64,000 nt of DNA. Origin: Escherichia phage T2. The stretch lies in sequence record NC_054931.1; one strand, written 5' to 3'. A program made the position numbers and the translations under genes. Shown here one piece after another: positions 44,996 through 54,036 of this stretch. Under the pieces are notes generated by a model. The model saw only the letters and a program-made list of their open reading frames with translations. It ran no database searches and was not told the origin of the DNA. Position 1 is the first letter of the stretch; every line of letters begins with the position of its first letter.

Positions 44996-45016
44996 GGGAC
45001 CCTAGAGGTCCCCAAT
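44988..45016 (-). terminator. hairpin terminator after gene 32
   Basis: GGGGACC-TCTA-GGGTCCCC followed by a T-run on the minus strand. Confidence 0.6.
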
Positions 45017-45035
45017 TAATTAGTAATATAATCTA

Positions 45036-45944
45036 TTAAAGGTCATTCAAAAGGTCATCCAGGTCCGTGTCATCAGCACTAGATGAACTGCCAGAGCTTG
45101 AGCTCATAAAATCATCTTCAGTTTTTGTATTGAAGTCATCAACATTGAATGCATCCAAATCATCAGCAACTTTATCAGCTTTCTTAGCAGCAGTCGCTGC
45201 GGCACCACCCATAGCAGCAGTTCCCATAACTTGACTAAACTTAGTGCTCAGTTCTTCGAACGATTTGAATTTATCTTTAGAAGTCATTTCAGAAAGGTCA
45301 ACCATTTGTTCGAACAGTTCTTTCTGGAAAGATTCATCGTCAATGTTTGGAATCGCAGATTGATTCAGGAATTTAGATTCGTCGTAGTTACTAAATCCGG
45401 AAACTTGTTTAACTTTCAGTACAAAGTTAGCACCTTCCCACGGACAAGTTACATCAACCGGAGTTTCACCCATTTCAACATCAACTGCAATCATTGCATT
45501 GATTTTATCCCAGATTTTCTTACCGAAACGGTATTTAAATACTTTACCTTCGTTTTCTGGAGCAGCTGGATCTTTTACTACAAGAATGTTAGCCCAGTAA
45601 GAAGTTTTACGTTTAACAAGACCGTACTCTTTATTGTCAGTGTTGTACAAATCATTTTTACTGATGTACTGACATACTGGACAAGAATCGTAATCACCGT
45701 GGGTAGATGAGCAATTTTCGATATACCATTTACCGTTTTTCTTGAAACCGTGATTTACAAGAATTGCAAATGGTGCTTGTTCATCATTTTTAGACGGAAG
45801 AAAACGAATTACTGCTTGACCGTTACCCGCATTATCGAGTTTCAGTTTCCACTCGCCTTTATCTTCAGAAGAAAAACCACCTTTATTTCCAGCCAGTTTA
45901 GCCATTTGTGCAGCGAGTTCAGCAGTAGATTTACGTTTAAACAT
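45036..45944 (-). CDS. 32: single-stranded DNA-binding protein
   Basis: 302 aa ORF, sequence as T4 gp32; autoregulatory pseudoknot in the 5' leader. Confidence 0.97.
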   Translation of the reverse strand: MFKRKSTAELAAQMAKLAGNKGGFSSEDKGEWKLKLDNAGNGQAVIRFLPSKNDEQAPFAILVNHGFKKNGKWYIENCSSTHGDYDSCPVCQYISKNDLYNTDNKEYGLVKRKTSYWANILVVKDPAAPENEGKVFKYRFGKKIWDKINAMIAVDVEMGETPVDVTCPWEGANFVLKVKQVSGFSNYDESKFLNQSAIPNIDDESFQKELFEQMVDLSEMTSKDKFKSFEELSTKFSQVMGTAAMGGAAATAAKKADKVADDLDAFNVDDFNTKTEDDFMSSSSGSSSSADDTDLDDLLNDL

Positions 45945-46010
45945 TTTTATTTCCTTTTTAATTTAATTAACAGTTGGTGCTATGACGATGTATGACCTCA
46001 TAGCTGGTCA
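45945..46010 (-). promoter_or_regulatory. gene 32 translational operator (pseudoknot plus A/U-rich tract)
   Basis: Leader reads UGACC-AGCUAUGA-GGUCA-UACAUCG-UCAUAGC, then an A/U-rich unstructured stretch up to the ATG. Confidence 0.7.
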
Positions 46011-46043
46011 GTGAGATAATTATAATCTATTTATAATAAGCAA

Positions 46044-46697
46044 TTAATACTTGCAAGATTTCACAGTTTCAATGAAAACATTTTTAGCTTTCTGTGAATC
46101 AATATTTAAAATTTTTCTATAAGCCTTTAACTTTATAGAATAATTATTCCAGACTAAATTATCAGTCTGTTCATCGTGTTTATCAATTATATTTAAAAAC
46201 GAATCAAGCAAGATAAACGTTTCAAACGAAATTATATTCGACTGAAGCAGTTTAAAAATATAACTTGATTGAACCTTTGGATTATATTCAAAGATTTCTT
46301 TAAAAGCAGAAACTTCAACTTTTTTACTAAAATAATAAATGTTGCGAATATCTTCTTCAAACTTAAATTTAATTTGCTTTAAGCGTCCGATATATTCACG
46401 ATAAAACACAAGTGCATCAGCGTCAGAGATGTCACCAATCCAAGCATCTTGGTTAGCAACCAAATTACTTATAAAAATTAAAGCAAGTTCCTTTAATTTA
46501 TATTTTTCTGATAACTTCTGGAAAAAATACTTATCCCTTCGCTTTTGATAAGCGGCATCAGACACCCGCATGCACCAATTATACTTAATAACATCATACT
46601 TTCCATTCATATGCTGTTTTATCATTAAGTATAATTTATAAACTGATTTACCATCAATGTATCTTTCACCACCAGCAGGCATGCGGAATTTAATCAT
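46044..46697 (-). CDS. 59: helicase loader
   Basis: 217 aa ORF, size and position as T4 gp59. Confidence 0.93.
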   Translation of the reverse strand: MIKFRMPAGGERYIDGKSVYKLYLMIKQHMNGKYDVIKYNWCMRVSDAAYQKRRDKYFFQKLSEKYKLKELALIFISNLVANQDAWIGDISDADALVFYREYIGRLKQIKFKFEEDIRNIYYFSKKVEVSAFKEIFEYNPKVQSSYIFKLLQSNIISFETFILLDSFLNIIDKHDEQTDNLVWNNYSIKLKAYRKILNIDSQKAKNVFIETVKSCKY

Positions 46698-47032
46698 AGT
46701 AGAAAATCTAATGTATTAGTTTTTTCACAGCGAACAACAGAAGGACGTAAAAGATTTTCGTCAATAGCTTCTGACTGAATTTTTTCAATTATACCCGAAG
46801 GAATAAATTTAGCAAATTGAGTTTCAGGAATAGAATTTTCTTCTAAGAATGCTGTTGTAGCTTCAAGATAACTCATTCCAAACTCTTCTACCATTTTTTC
46901 AATAATAAATCCATTTTCTTGACGATCAAGAAGCTTTGCTATTTCATCCTTTTCTTTCTTGATTGAAAGTTCTTTTTCTGAAAGACCGGTCTCATCGACC
47001 GGACGAATATCATTTAGAGAAAACTGTGTCAT
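46694..47032 (-). CDS. 33: late transcription co-activator
   Basis: Track ORF 46694..47041; start at MTQFSLNDIRP gives 112 aa. Confidence 0.9.
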   Translation of the reverse strand: MTQFSLNDIRPVDETGLSEKELSIKKEKDEIAKLLDRQENGFIIEKMVEEFGMSYLEATTAFLEENSIPETQFAKFIPSGIIEKIQSEAIDENLLRPSVVRCEKTNTLDFLL

Positions 47033-47279
47033 AAAGTTCAACTACCTCTTCAGTTTCAGCTTCAAACACATCACGGTTATCTTTATGATACAAAGCTAAT
47101 AGACGATTAAACATCTTACCATCAACGCCAAGTTCATCTTTAGCACGAATTCGAATATCTTTAATCAGTTCATTATAACCGGAAATTTTCAGTTTATGAT
47201 CAGATGCTTCTTTAATAAATTTAGCCAAGTCTTCGCCATGGATAGCTTCATCAAATTCAACCATTTCTTTTTTAGCCAT
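47010..47279 (-). CDS. dsbA: double-stranded DNA binding protein
   Basis: 89 aa ORF, size and position as T4 DsbA. Confidence 0.88.
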   Translation of the reverse strand: MAKKEMVEFDEAIHGEDLAKFIKEASDHKLKISGYNELIKDIRIRAKDELGVDGKMFNRLLALYHKDNRDVFEAETEEVVELYDTVFSK

Positions 47280-47287
47280 TATTCACC

Positions 47288-48205
47288 TCAAAATTCATTA
47301 ATGCTATTAGTTAATTTAGAAAGACCCGCTTTTACAAAATATGAATAAATTTTGCCACGCGGTGGTAATTTATATGAATTATAGTAATTCACAATGTTTG
47401 AAGCAATATTATCAGGAATATAATCAAAATCAATTAGAACTAAATTTTCTTTATAACGATTATATTCAGATTCTGTGAGAAGCACCTTAGCTTGCTCACG
47501 GTCATTAGCAATGGCTTCAACGATTGAAGTTTTCATTGAAGGAGTTCGTTCACCTTCAACTCTGGTAAACCAGAAGTCAGATCGTACTTTAACTGAAGCA
47601 ACGTTATCCTTTTTGTCGCCTTTAAGGATTTTAGTCATACAGTCAATTTCAGCAGAACCGCTTTTAATTTTAACCCATTTCTTATGCATTGGAGACCATT
47701 GCTTAACATTTGGATATTTGTGAAGCTGTGTAAAGTCACCATCCGACGAAATGATTAAAATCTTATGTCCTTCTAAAGAGAACTTTTTAACAAGAACAGC
47801 AATATGGTCATCCGCTTCATACTTATCAATATCCATAACAATGTATGGCATATAAGCTTTCAATTCATCTATAACTTTATGGCTGGATTCAAAATAACCT
47901 TCCCAGTCCCAAGTAGATTCTTCTCGTGCTTTTCCACGGTTTTTCTTATAATAATAAGCAAAATCACGACGCCAATATCCAGATTTCGCGTTATCAATAC
48001 ACAACACGATTTTAGTGTATCCAAGCGTTTTTGCTTTTTTGACATTAAACTTAATTGAGTTCAATATCAAATGACGAACCATTGATAAATTAATTTTTTC
48101 TTTATCTGGGAAGTTTACTAAAGCAGTTGAAAGCGCAATTTGACTAAAGTCAATAAAGCAAATTCCCTCTTTGTAATCTTCATCCAGCATCATTTCTAAA
48201 TCCAT
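47288..48205 (-). CDS. rnh: RNase H / 5'-3' flap exonuclease
   Basis: Track ORF 47288..48220; start at MDLEMM gives 305 aa. Confidence 0.95.
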   Translation of the reverse strand: MDLEMMLDEDYKEGICFIDFSQIALSTALVNFPDKEKINLSMVRHLILNSIKFNVKKAKTLGYTKIVLCIDNAKSGYWRRDFAYYYKKNRGKAREESTWDWEGYFESSHKVIDELKAYMPYIVMDIDKYEADDHIAVLVKKFSLEGHKILIISSDGDFTQLHKYPNVKQWSPMHKKWVKIKSGSAEIDCMTKILKGDKKDNVASVKVRSDFWFTRVEGERTPSMKTSIVEAIANDREQAKVLLTESEYNRYKENLVLIDFDYIPDNIASNIVNYYNSYKLPPRGKIYSYFVKAGLSKLTNSINEF

Positions 48206-48266
48206 ATGAACCCCGTTCAATTAGTGAGATTTCTATTATATACCATCCAAATCTTAAAGTAAACAA

Positions 48267-48274
48267 GTATAAAT
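48267..48274 (+). promoter_or_regulatory. T4-type late promoter motif TATAAATA (upstream of 34)
   Basis: Exact motif about 36 nt before the ATG. Confidence 0.55.
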
Positions 48275-48309
48275 ACTTATTATTGAAAACACAATAGGAG
48301 CCCGGGAGA

Positions 48310-51300
48310 ATGGCCGAGATTAAAAGAAAGTTCAGAGCAGAAGATGGTCTGGACGCAGGTGGTGATAAAATAATCAACGTAGCTTTAGCTGATCGTGCCG
48401 TAGGAACTGACGGTGTTAACGTTGATTACTTAATTCAAGAAAATACAGTTCAACAATATGATCCAACTCGTGGATATTTAAAAGATTTTGTAATCATTTA
48501 TGATAACCGCTTTTGGGCTGCTATAAATGATATTCCAAAACCAGCAGGAGCTTTTAATAGCGGACGCTGGAGAGCATTACGTACCGATGCAAACTGGATT
48601 ACGGTTTCATCCGGTTCATATCAATTAAAATCCGGTGAAGCAATTTCGGTTAATACTGCAGCTGGAAATGACATCACGTTTACTTTACCATCTTCTCCAA
48701 TTGATGGTGATACTATCGTTCTCCAAGATATTGGAGGAAAACCCGGAGTTAACCAAGTTTTAATTGTAGCTCCAGTGCAAAGTATTGTAAACTTTAGAGG
48801 TGAACAAGTACGTTCAGTACTAATGACTCATCCAAAGTCACAGCTAGTTTTAATTTTTAGTAATCGTCTGTGGCAAATGTATGTTGCTGATTATAGTAGA
48901 GAAGCTGTAATTGTAACACCAGCGAATACTTATCAAGCACAATCAAACGATTTTATCGTGCATAGATTTACTTCTGCCGCACCGATAAATATTAAACTTC
49001 CGAGATTTGCTAATCACGGAGATATTATTAATTTCGTTGATTTAGATAAACTAAATCCACTTTATCATACAATTGTTACTACATACGATGAAACTACTTC
49101 AATACAAGAAGATGGAACTCATTCTATTGAAGACCGTACATCAATCGACGGTTTCTTGATGTTTGATGATAATGAGAAATTGTGGAGATTGTTTGACGGG
49201 GACAGTAAAGCACGTTTACGTATCATAACGACTAATTCAAACATTCTTCCAAATGAAGAAGTTATGGTATTTGGTGCGAATAACGGAACAACTCAAACAA
49301 TTGAGCTTCAGCTTCCAACTAATATTTCTGTTGGTGATACTGTTAAAATTTCCATGAATTACATGAGAAAAGGACAAACAGTTAAAATCAAAGCTGCTGA
49401 TGAAGATAAAATTGCTTCTTCAGTTCAATTACTGCAATTCCCAAAACGCTCAGAATATCCGCCTGAAGCTGAATGGGTAACTGTCCAAGAATTAGTTTTT
49501 AACGGTGAAACTAATTATGTTCCAGTTTTGGAGCTTGCTTATATTGAAGATTCTGATGGAAAATACTGGGTTGTACAGCAAAACGTTCCAACCGTAGAAA
49601 GAGTAGATTCTTTAAATGATTCTACTAGAGCAAGATTAGGCGTAATTGCTTTAGCTACACAAGCTCAAGCTAACGTCGATTTAGAAAATTCTCCACAAAA
49701 AGAATTAGCAATTACTCCAGAAACGTTAGCTAATCGCACTGCTACTGAAACTCGCAGAGGTATTGCAAGAATAGCAACTACTGCTCAAGTGAATCAGAAC
49801 ACCACATTCTCTTTTGCTGACGATATTATCATCACTCCTAAAAAGCTGAATGAAAGAACTGCTACTGAAACTCGCAGAGGTGTTGCTGAAATTGCTACGC
49901 AGCAAGAAACTAATACAGGTACTGATGATACTACAATCATCACTCCTAAAAAGCTTCAAGCCCGTCAAGGTTCTGAATCATTATCTGGTATTGTAACTTT
50001 TGTATCTACTGCAGGTGCTACTCCAGCTTCTAGCCGTGAATTAAATGGTACGAATGTTTATAATAAAAACACTAATAATTTAGTTGTTTCACCTAAAGCT
50101 TTGGATCAGTATAAAGCTACTCCAACGCAGCAAGGTGCAGTAATTTTAGCAGTTGAAAGTGAAGTAATTGCTGGAAAAAGTCAGGAAGGATGGGCGAATG
50201 CTGTTGTAACGCCAGAAACGTTACATAAAAAGACATCAACTGATGGAAGAATTGGTTTAATTGAAATTGCTACGCAAAGTGAAGTTAATACAGGAACTGA
50301 TTATACTCGTGCAGTCACTCCTAAAACTTTAAATGACCGTAGAGCAACTGAAAGTTTAAGTGGTATAGCTGAAATTGCTACACAAGTTGAATTCGACGCA
50401 GGCGTCGACGATACTCGTATCTCTACACCATTAAAAATTAAAACCAGATTTAATAGTACTGATCGTACTTCTGTTGTTGCTCTATCTGGATTAATTGAAT
50501 CAGGAACTCTCTGGGACCATTATACCCTTAATATTCTTGAAGCAAATGAGACACAACGTGGTACACTTCGTGTAGCTACACAAGTTGAAGCTGCTGCAGG
50601 AAAATTAGATAATGTTTTAATAACTCCTAAAAAGCTTTTAGGTACTAAATCTACCGAATCGCAAGAGGGTGTTATTAAAGTTGCAACTCAGTCTGAAGCT
50701 GTGGCTGGAACGTCAGCAAATACTGCTATATCTCCAAAAAATTTAAAATGGATTGTGCAGAGTGAACCTTCTTGGAGAGCAACTACTACGGTAAGAGGGT
50801 TTGTTAAAACTTCGTCTGGTTCAATTACATTCGTTGGTAATGATACAGTCGGTTCTACCCAAGATTTAGAACTTTATGAGAAAAATAATTATGCAGTATC
50901 ACCATATGAATTAAACCGTGTATTAGCAAATTATTTGCCGTTAAAAGCAAAAGCTGTAGATAGTAATTTATTGGATGGTCTAGATTCATCCCAGTTCATT
51001 CGTAGGGATATTGCACAGACGGTTAATGGTTCACTAACCTTAACCCAACAAACGAATCTGAGTGCCCCTCTTGTATCATCTAGTACTGCTACGTTTGGTG
51101 GTTCAGTTTCGGCAAATAGTACATTAACTATTTCTAATACTGGTACGACTTCTTCTCGATTTACATTTGAGAAAGGTCCTGCTTCTGGTAGTAATGCTGA
51201 TTCTGCATTGTATGTTCGTGTATGGGGTAATAAGTACAGCGGCGGTTCTGATGTAACTCGTGCAACGATTATAGAATTCTCTGATGCTACCGGCTCTCAT

Positions 51301-52182
51301 TTCTATTCTCAAAGAGATACGTCAAATAATGTGTTGTTCAACATTTCAGGTACGATGCAATCAGTCAACGCTAGCGTTCGTGGTGTTCTGAACGTTACAG
51401 GTGTCTCAACGTTTAATAGTTCAGTTACAGCCAATGGTGAATTCATCAGTAAATCACCAAATGCTTTTAGAGCAATAAATGGAAATTACGGATTCTTTAT
51501 TCGTAATGCTGGTAATGACACCTATTTTATGCTCACTGCAGCAGGTGATCAGAGCGGTGGATTTAATGGATTACGTCCATTATCAATTAATAATCAATCC
51601 GGTCAGGTTACGATTGGTGAAAGCTTAATCATTGCCAAAGGTGCTACTATAAATTCAGGTGGTTTGACTGTTAACTCGAGAATTCGTTCTCAGGGTACTA
51701 AAACATCTGATTTATATACCCGTGCGCCAACATCTGATACTGTAGGATTCTGGTCAATCGATATTAATGATTCAGCCACTTATAACCAGTTCCCGGGTTA
51801 TTTTAAAATGGTTGAAAAAACTAATGAAGTGACTGGGCTTCCATACTTAGAACGTGGCGAAGAAGTTAAATCTCCTGGTACACTGACTCAGTTTGGTAAT
51901 ACACTTGATTCGCTTTACCAAGATTGGATTACTTATCCAACGACGCCAGAAGCGCGTACCACTCGCTGGACACGTACATGGCAGAAAACCAAAAACTCTT
52001 GGTCAAGTTTTGTTCAGGTATTTGATGGTGGAAACCCTCCTCAACCTTCTGATATTGGTGCTTTACCTTCTGATAATGCAACAATCGGAAACTTGACAAT
52101 AAGGGATTTCTTAAGGATTGGTAATGTCCGCATTATTCCAGACCCTGTGAATAAATCTGTTAAATTCGAGTGGATTGAATAA
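48310..52182 (+). CDS. 34: long tail fibre proximal subunit
   Basis: 1290 aa ORF with internal sequence repeats; late promoter motif upstream. Confidence 0.95.
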   Translation: MAEIKRKFRAEDGLDAGGDKIINVALADRAVGTDGVNVDYLIQENTVQQYDPTRGYLKDFVIIYDNRFWAAINDIPKPAGAFNSGRWRALRTDANWITVSSGSYQLKSGEAISVNTAAGNDITFTLPSSPIDGDTIVLQDIGGKPGVNQVLIVAPVQSIVNFRGEQVRSVLMTHPKSQLVLIFSNRLWQMYVADYSREAVIVTPANTYQAQSNDFIVHRFTSAAPINIKLPRFANHGDIINFVDLDKLNPLYHTIVTTYDETTSIQEDGTHSIEDRTSIDGFLMFDDNEKLWRLFDGDSKARLRIITTNSNILPNEEVMVFGANNGTTQTIELQLPTNISVGDTVKISMNYMRKGQTVKIKAADEDKIASSVQLLQFPKRSEYPPEAEWVTVQELVFNGETNYVPVLELAYIEDSDGKYWVVQQNVPTVERVDSLNDSTRARLGVIALATQAQANVDLENSPQKELAITPETLANRTATETRRGIARIATTAQVNQNTTFSFADDIIITPKKLNERTATETRRGVAEIATQQETNTGTDDTTIITPKKLQARQGSESLSGIVTFVSTAGATPASSRELNGTNVYNKNTNNLVVSPKALDQYKATPTQQGAVILAVESEVIAGKSQEGWANAVVTPETLHKKTSTDGRIGLIEIATQSEVNTGTDYTRAVTPKTLNDRRATESLSGIAEIATQVEFDAGVDDTRISTPLKIKTRFNSTDRTSVVALSGLIESGTLWDHYTLNILEANETQRGTLRVATQVEAAAGKLDNVLITPKKLLGTKSTESQEGVIKVATQSEAVAGTSANTAISPKNLKWIVQSEPSWRATTTVRGFVKTSSGSITFVGNDTVGSTQDLELYEKNNYAVSPYELNRVLANYLPLKAKAVDSNLLDGLDSSQFIRRDIAQTVNGSLTLTQQTNLSAPLVSSSTATFGGSVSANSTLTISNTGTTSSRFTFEKGPASGSNADSALYVRVWGNKYSGGSDVTRATIIEFSDATGSHFYSQRDTSNNVLFNISGTMQSVNASVRGVLNVTGVSTFNSSVTANGEFISKSPNAFRAINGNYGFFIRNAGNDTYFMLTAAGDQSGGFNGLRPLSINNQSGQVTIGESLIIAKGATINSGGLTVNSRIRSQGTKTSDLYTRAPTSDTVGFWSIDINDSATYNQFPGYFKMVEKTNEVTGLPYLERGEEVKSPGTLTQFGNTLDSLYQDWITYPTTPEARTTRWTRTWQKTKNSWSSFVQVFDGGNPPQPSDIGALPSDNATIGNLTIRDFLRIGNVRIIPDPVNKSVKFEWIE
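49690..50720 (+). repeat. internal tandem sequence repeats within gene 34
   Basis: Repeated coding unit seen at nucleotide level (ACTGCTACTGAAACTCGCAGAGGT... twice about 120 nt apart) and at protein level (recurrent TPKKL ... IATQ.E...GTD motif). Confidence 0.6.
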
Positions 52183-52190
52183 GAGGTATT

Positions 52191-53306
52191 ATGGAAAAAT
52201 TTATGGCTAAGTTTGGACAAGGATACGTCCAAACGCCATTTTTATCGGAAAGCAATTCAGTACGATTTAAATTAAGCATAGCGGGATCTTGCCCGCTTTC
52301 TACAGCAGGACCATACGTTAAATTTCAAGATAATCCTGTAGGAAGTCAAACATTTAGCGCAGGTCTTCATTTAAGAGTTTTTGACCCTTCCACCGGAGCA
52401 TTAGTTGATAGTAAGTCATATGCTTTTTCGACTTCAAATGATACTACATCAGCTGCTTTTGTTAGCTTCATGAATTCTTTGACAAATAATAGAATTGTTG
52501 CTATATTAACTAACGGAAAGGTTAATTTTCCTCCTGAAGTAGTATCTTGGTTAAGAACTGCAGGAACGTCTGCTTTTCCATCTGATTCTATATTGTCAAG
52601 ATTCGACGTATCATATGCTGCTTTTTATACTTCTTCTAAAAGAGCTATTGCATTAGAGCATGTTAAACTGAGTAATAGAAAAAGCACAGATGATTATCAA
52701 ACTATTTTAGATGTCGTATTTGACAGTTTAGAAGATGTTGGAGCTACCGGGTTTCCAAGAAGAACGTATGAAAGCGTTGAGCAATTTATGTCAGCGGTTG
52801 GTGGAACTAATAACGAAATCGCGCGTTTACCAACTTCGGCTGCTATAAGTAAATTATCTGATTATAATTTAATTCCTGGTGATGTTCTTTATCTTAAAAC
52901 ACAGCTATACGCCGATGCCGATTTACTTGCTCTTGGAACTACGAATATATCCATTCGATTTTATAATGCATCAAATGGATATATTTCCTCGACACAAGCT
53001 GAATTTACCGGGCAAGCTGGTGTTTGGGAATTAAAAGAAGATTATGTAGTTGTTCCAGAAAATGCAGTAGGATTTACGATATATGCACAAAGAACTGCAC
53101 AAGCTGGTCAAGGTGGAATGAGGAACTTAAGCTTTTCTGAGGTATCAAGAAATGGTAGTATTTCGAAACCCGCTGAATTTGGTGTCAATGGTATTCGAGT
53201 TAATTATGTCTGTGAATCTGCTTCACCTCCGGATATAATGGTACTTCCTACACAAGCATCGTCTAAAACTGGTAAAGTGTTTGGGCAAGAATTTAGAGAA
53301 GTATAA
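52191..53306 (+). CDS. 35: long tail fibre hinge connector
   Basis: 371 aa ORF, size and position as T4 gp35. Confidence 0.9.
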   Translation: MEKFMAKFGQGYVQTPFLSESNSVRFKLSIAGSCPLSTAGPYVKFQDNPVGSQTFSAGLHLRVFDPSTGALVDSKSYAFSTSNDTTSAAFVSFMNSLTNNRIVAILTNGKVNFPPEVVSWLRTAGTSAFPSDSILSRFDVSYAAFYTSSKRAIALEHVKLSNRKSTDDYQTILDVVFDSLEDVGATGFPRRTYESVEQFMSAVGGTNNEIARLPTSAAISKLSDYNLIPGDVLYLKTQLYADADLLALGTTNISIRFYNASNGYISSTQAEFTGQAGVWELKEDYVVVPENAVGFTIYAQRTAQAGQGGMRNLSFSEVSRNGSISKPAEFGVNGIRVNYVCESASPPDIMVLPTQASSKTGKVFGQEFREV

Positions 53307-53307
53307 A

Positions 53308-53340
53308 TTGAGGGAGCCTTCGGGTTCCCTTTTTCTTTAT
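53308..53340 (+). terminator. rho-independent terminator after gene 35
   Basis: GGGAGCC-TTCG-GGTTCCC then TTTTTCTTT. Confidence 0.6.
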
Positions 53341-53345
53341 AAATA
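53338..53345 (+). promoter_or_regulatory. T4-type late promoter motif TATAAATA (upstream of 36)
   Basis: Exact motif just after the gene 35 terminator. Confidence 0.5.
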
Positions 53346-53368
53346 CTATTAAAATAAAGGGGCATACA

Positions 53369-54028
53369 ATGGCTGATTTAAAAGTAGGTTCAACAACTGG
53401 AGGCTCTGTCATTTGGCATCAAGGAAATTTTCCATTGAATCCAGCCGGTGACGATGTACTCTATAAATCATTTAAAATATATTCAGAATACAATAAACCA
53501 CAAGCTGCTGATAACGATTTCGTTTCTAAAGCTAATGGCGGTACTTATCTAAACCGAGTTATCTTTAACCGGGGTATTCAAGTCCCGGGAGCCGGCAATG
53601 GTCTGACCGGGATGTTTGTTGGGCCAGGTGATGGAGCAACTTATGATAATGTTAACCTTGATATAATATCTTGGTATGGTATCGGATTTAAATCATCTCA
53701 AGGAACAGGACCCAGGACAATTGTTTTTAACGTTCGTGACGGTGAAATTTCGGCCCGTGGTAATATAAATTCACAGCGTCAGGTGCGAGCCGAAGCCGCA
53801 GCGCCCATTGCCGCGAATGACCTTACTAGAAAGGACTATGTTGATGGAGCAATAAATACTGTTACAGCAAATGCGAACTCTAGAGTGTTGCGTTCTGGCG
53901 ATACTATGACAGGTAATTTAACCGCGCCAAACTTTTTCTCGCAGAATCCCGCATCTCAACCTTCACATGTTCCACGATTTGACCAAATCGTAATTAAGGA
54001 TTCTGTTCAAGATTTCGGCTATTATTAA
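53369..54028 (+). CDS. 36: long tail fibre distal connector
   Basis: 219 aa ORF; late promoter motif upstream. Confidence 0.9.
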   Translation: MADLKVGSTTGGSVIWHQGNFPLNPAGDDVLYKSFKIYSEYNKPQAADNDFVSKANGGTYLNRVIFNRGIQVPGAGNGLTGMFVGPGDGATYDNVNLDIISWYGIGFKSSQGTGPRTIVFNVRDGEISARGNINSQRQVRAEAAAPIAANDLTRKDYVDGAINTVTANANSRVLRSGDTMTGNLTAPNFFSQNPASQPSHVPRFDQIVIKDSVQDFGYY

Positions 54029-54036
54029 GAGGACTT

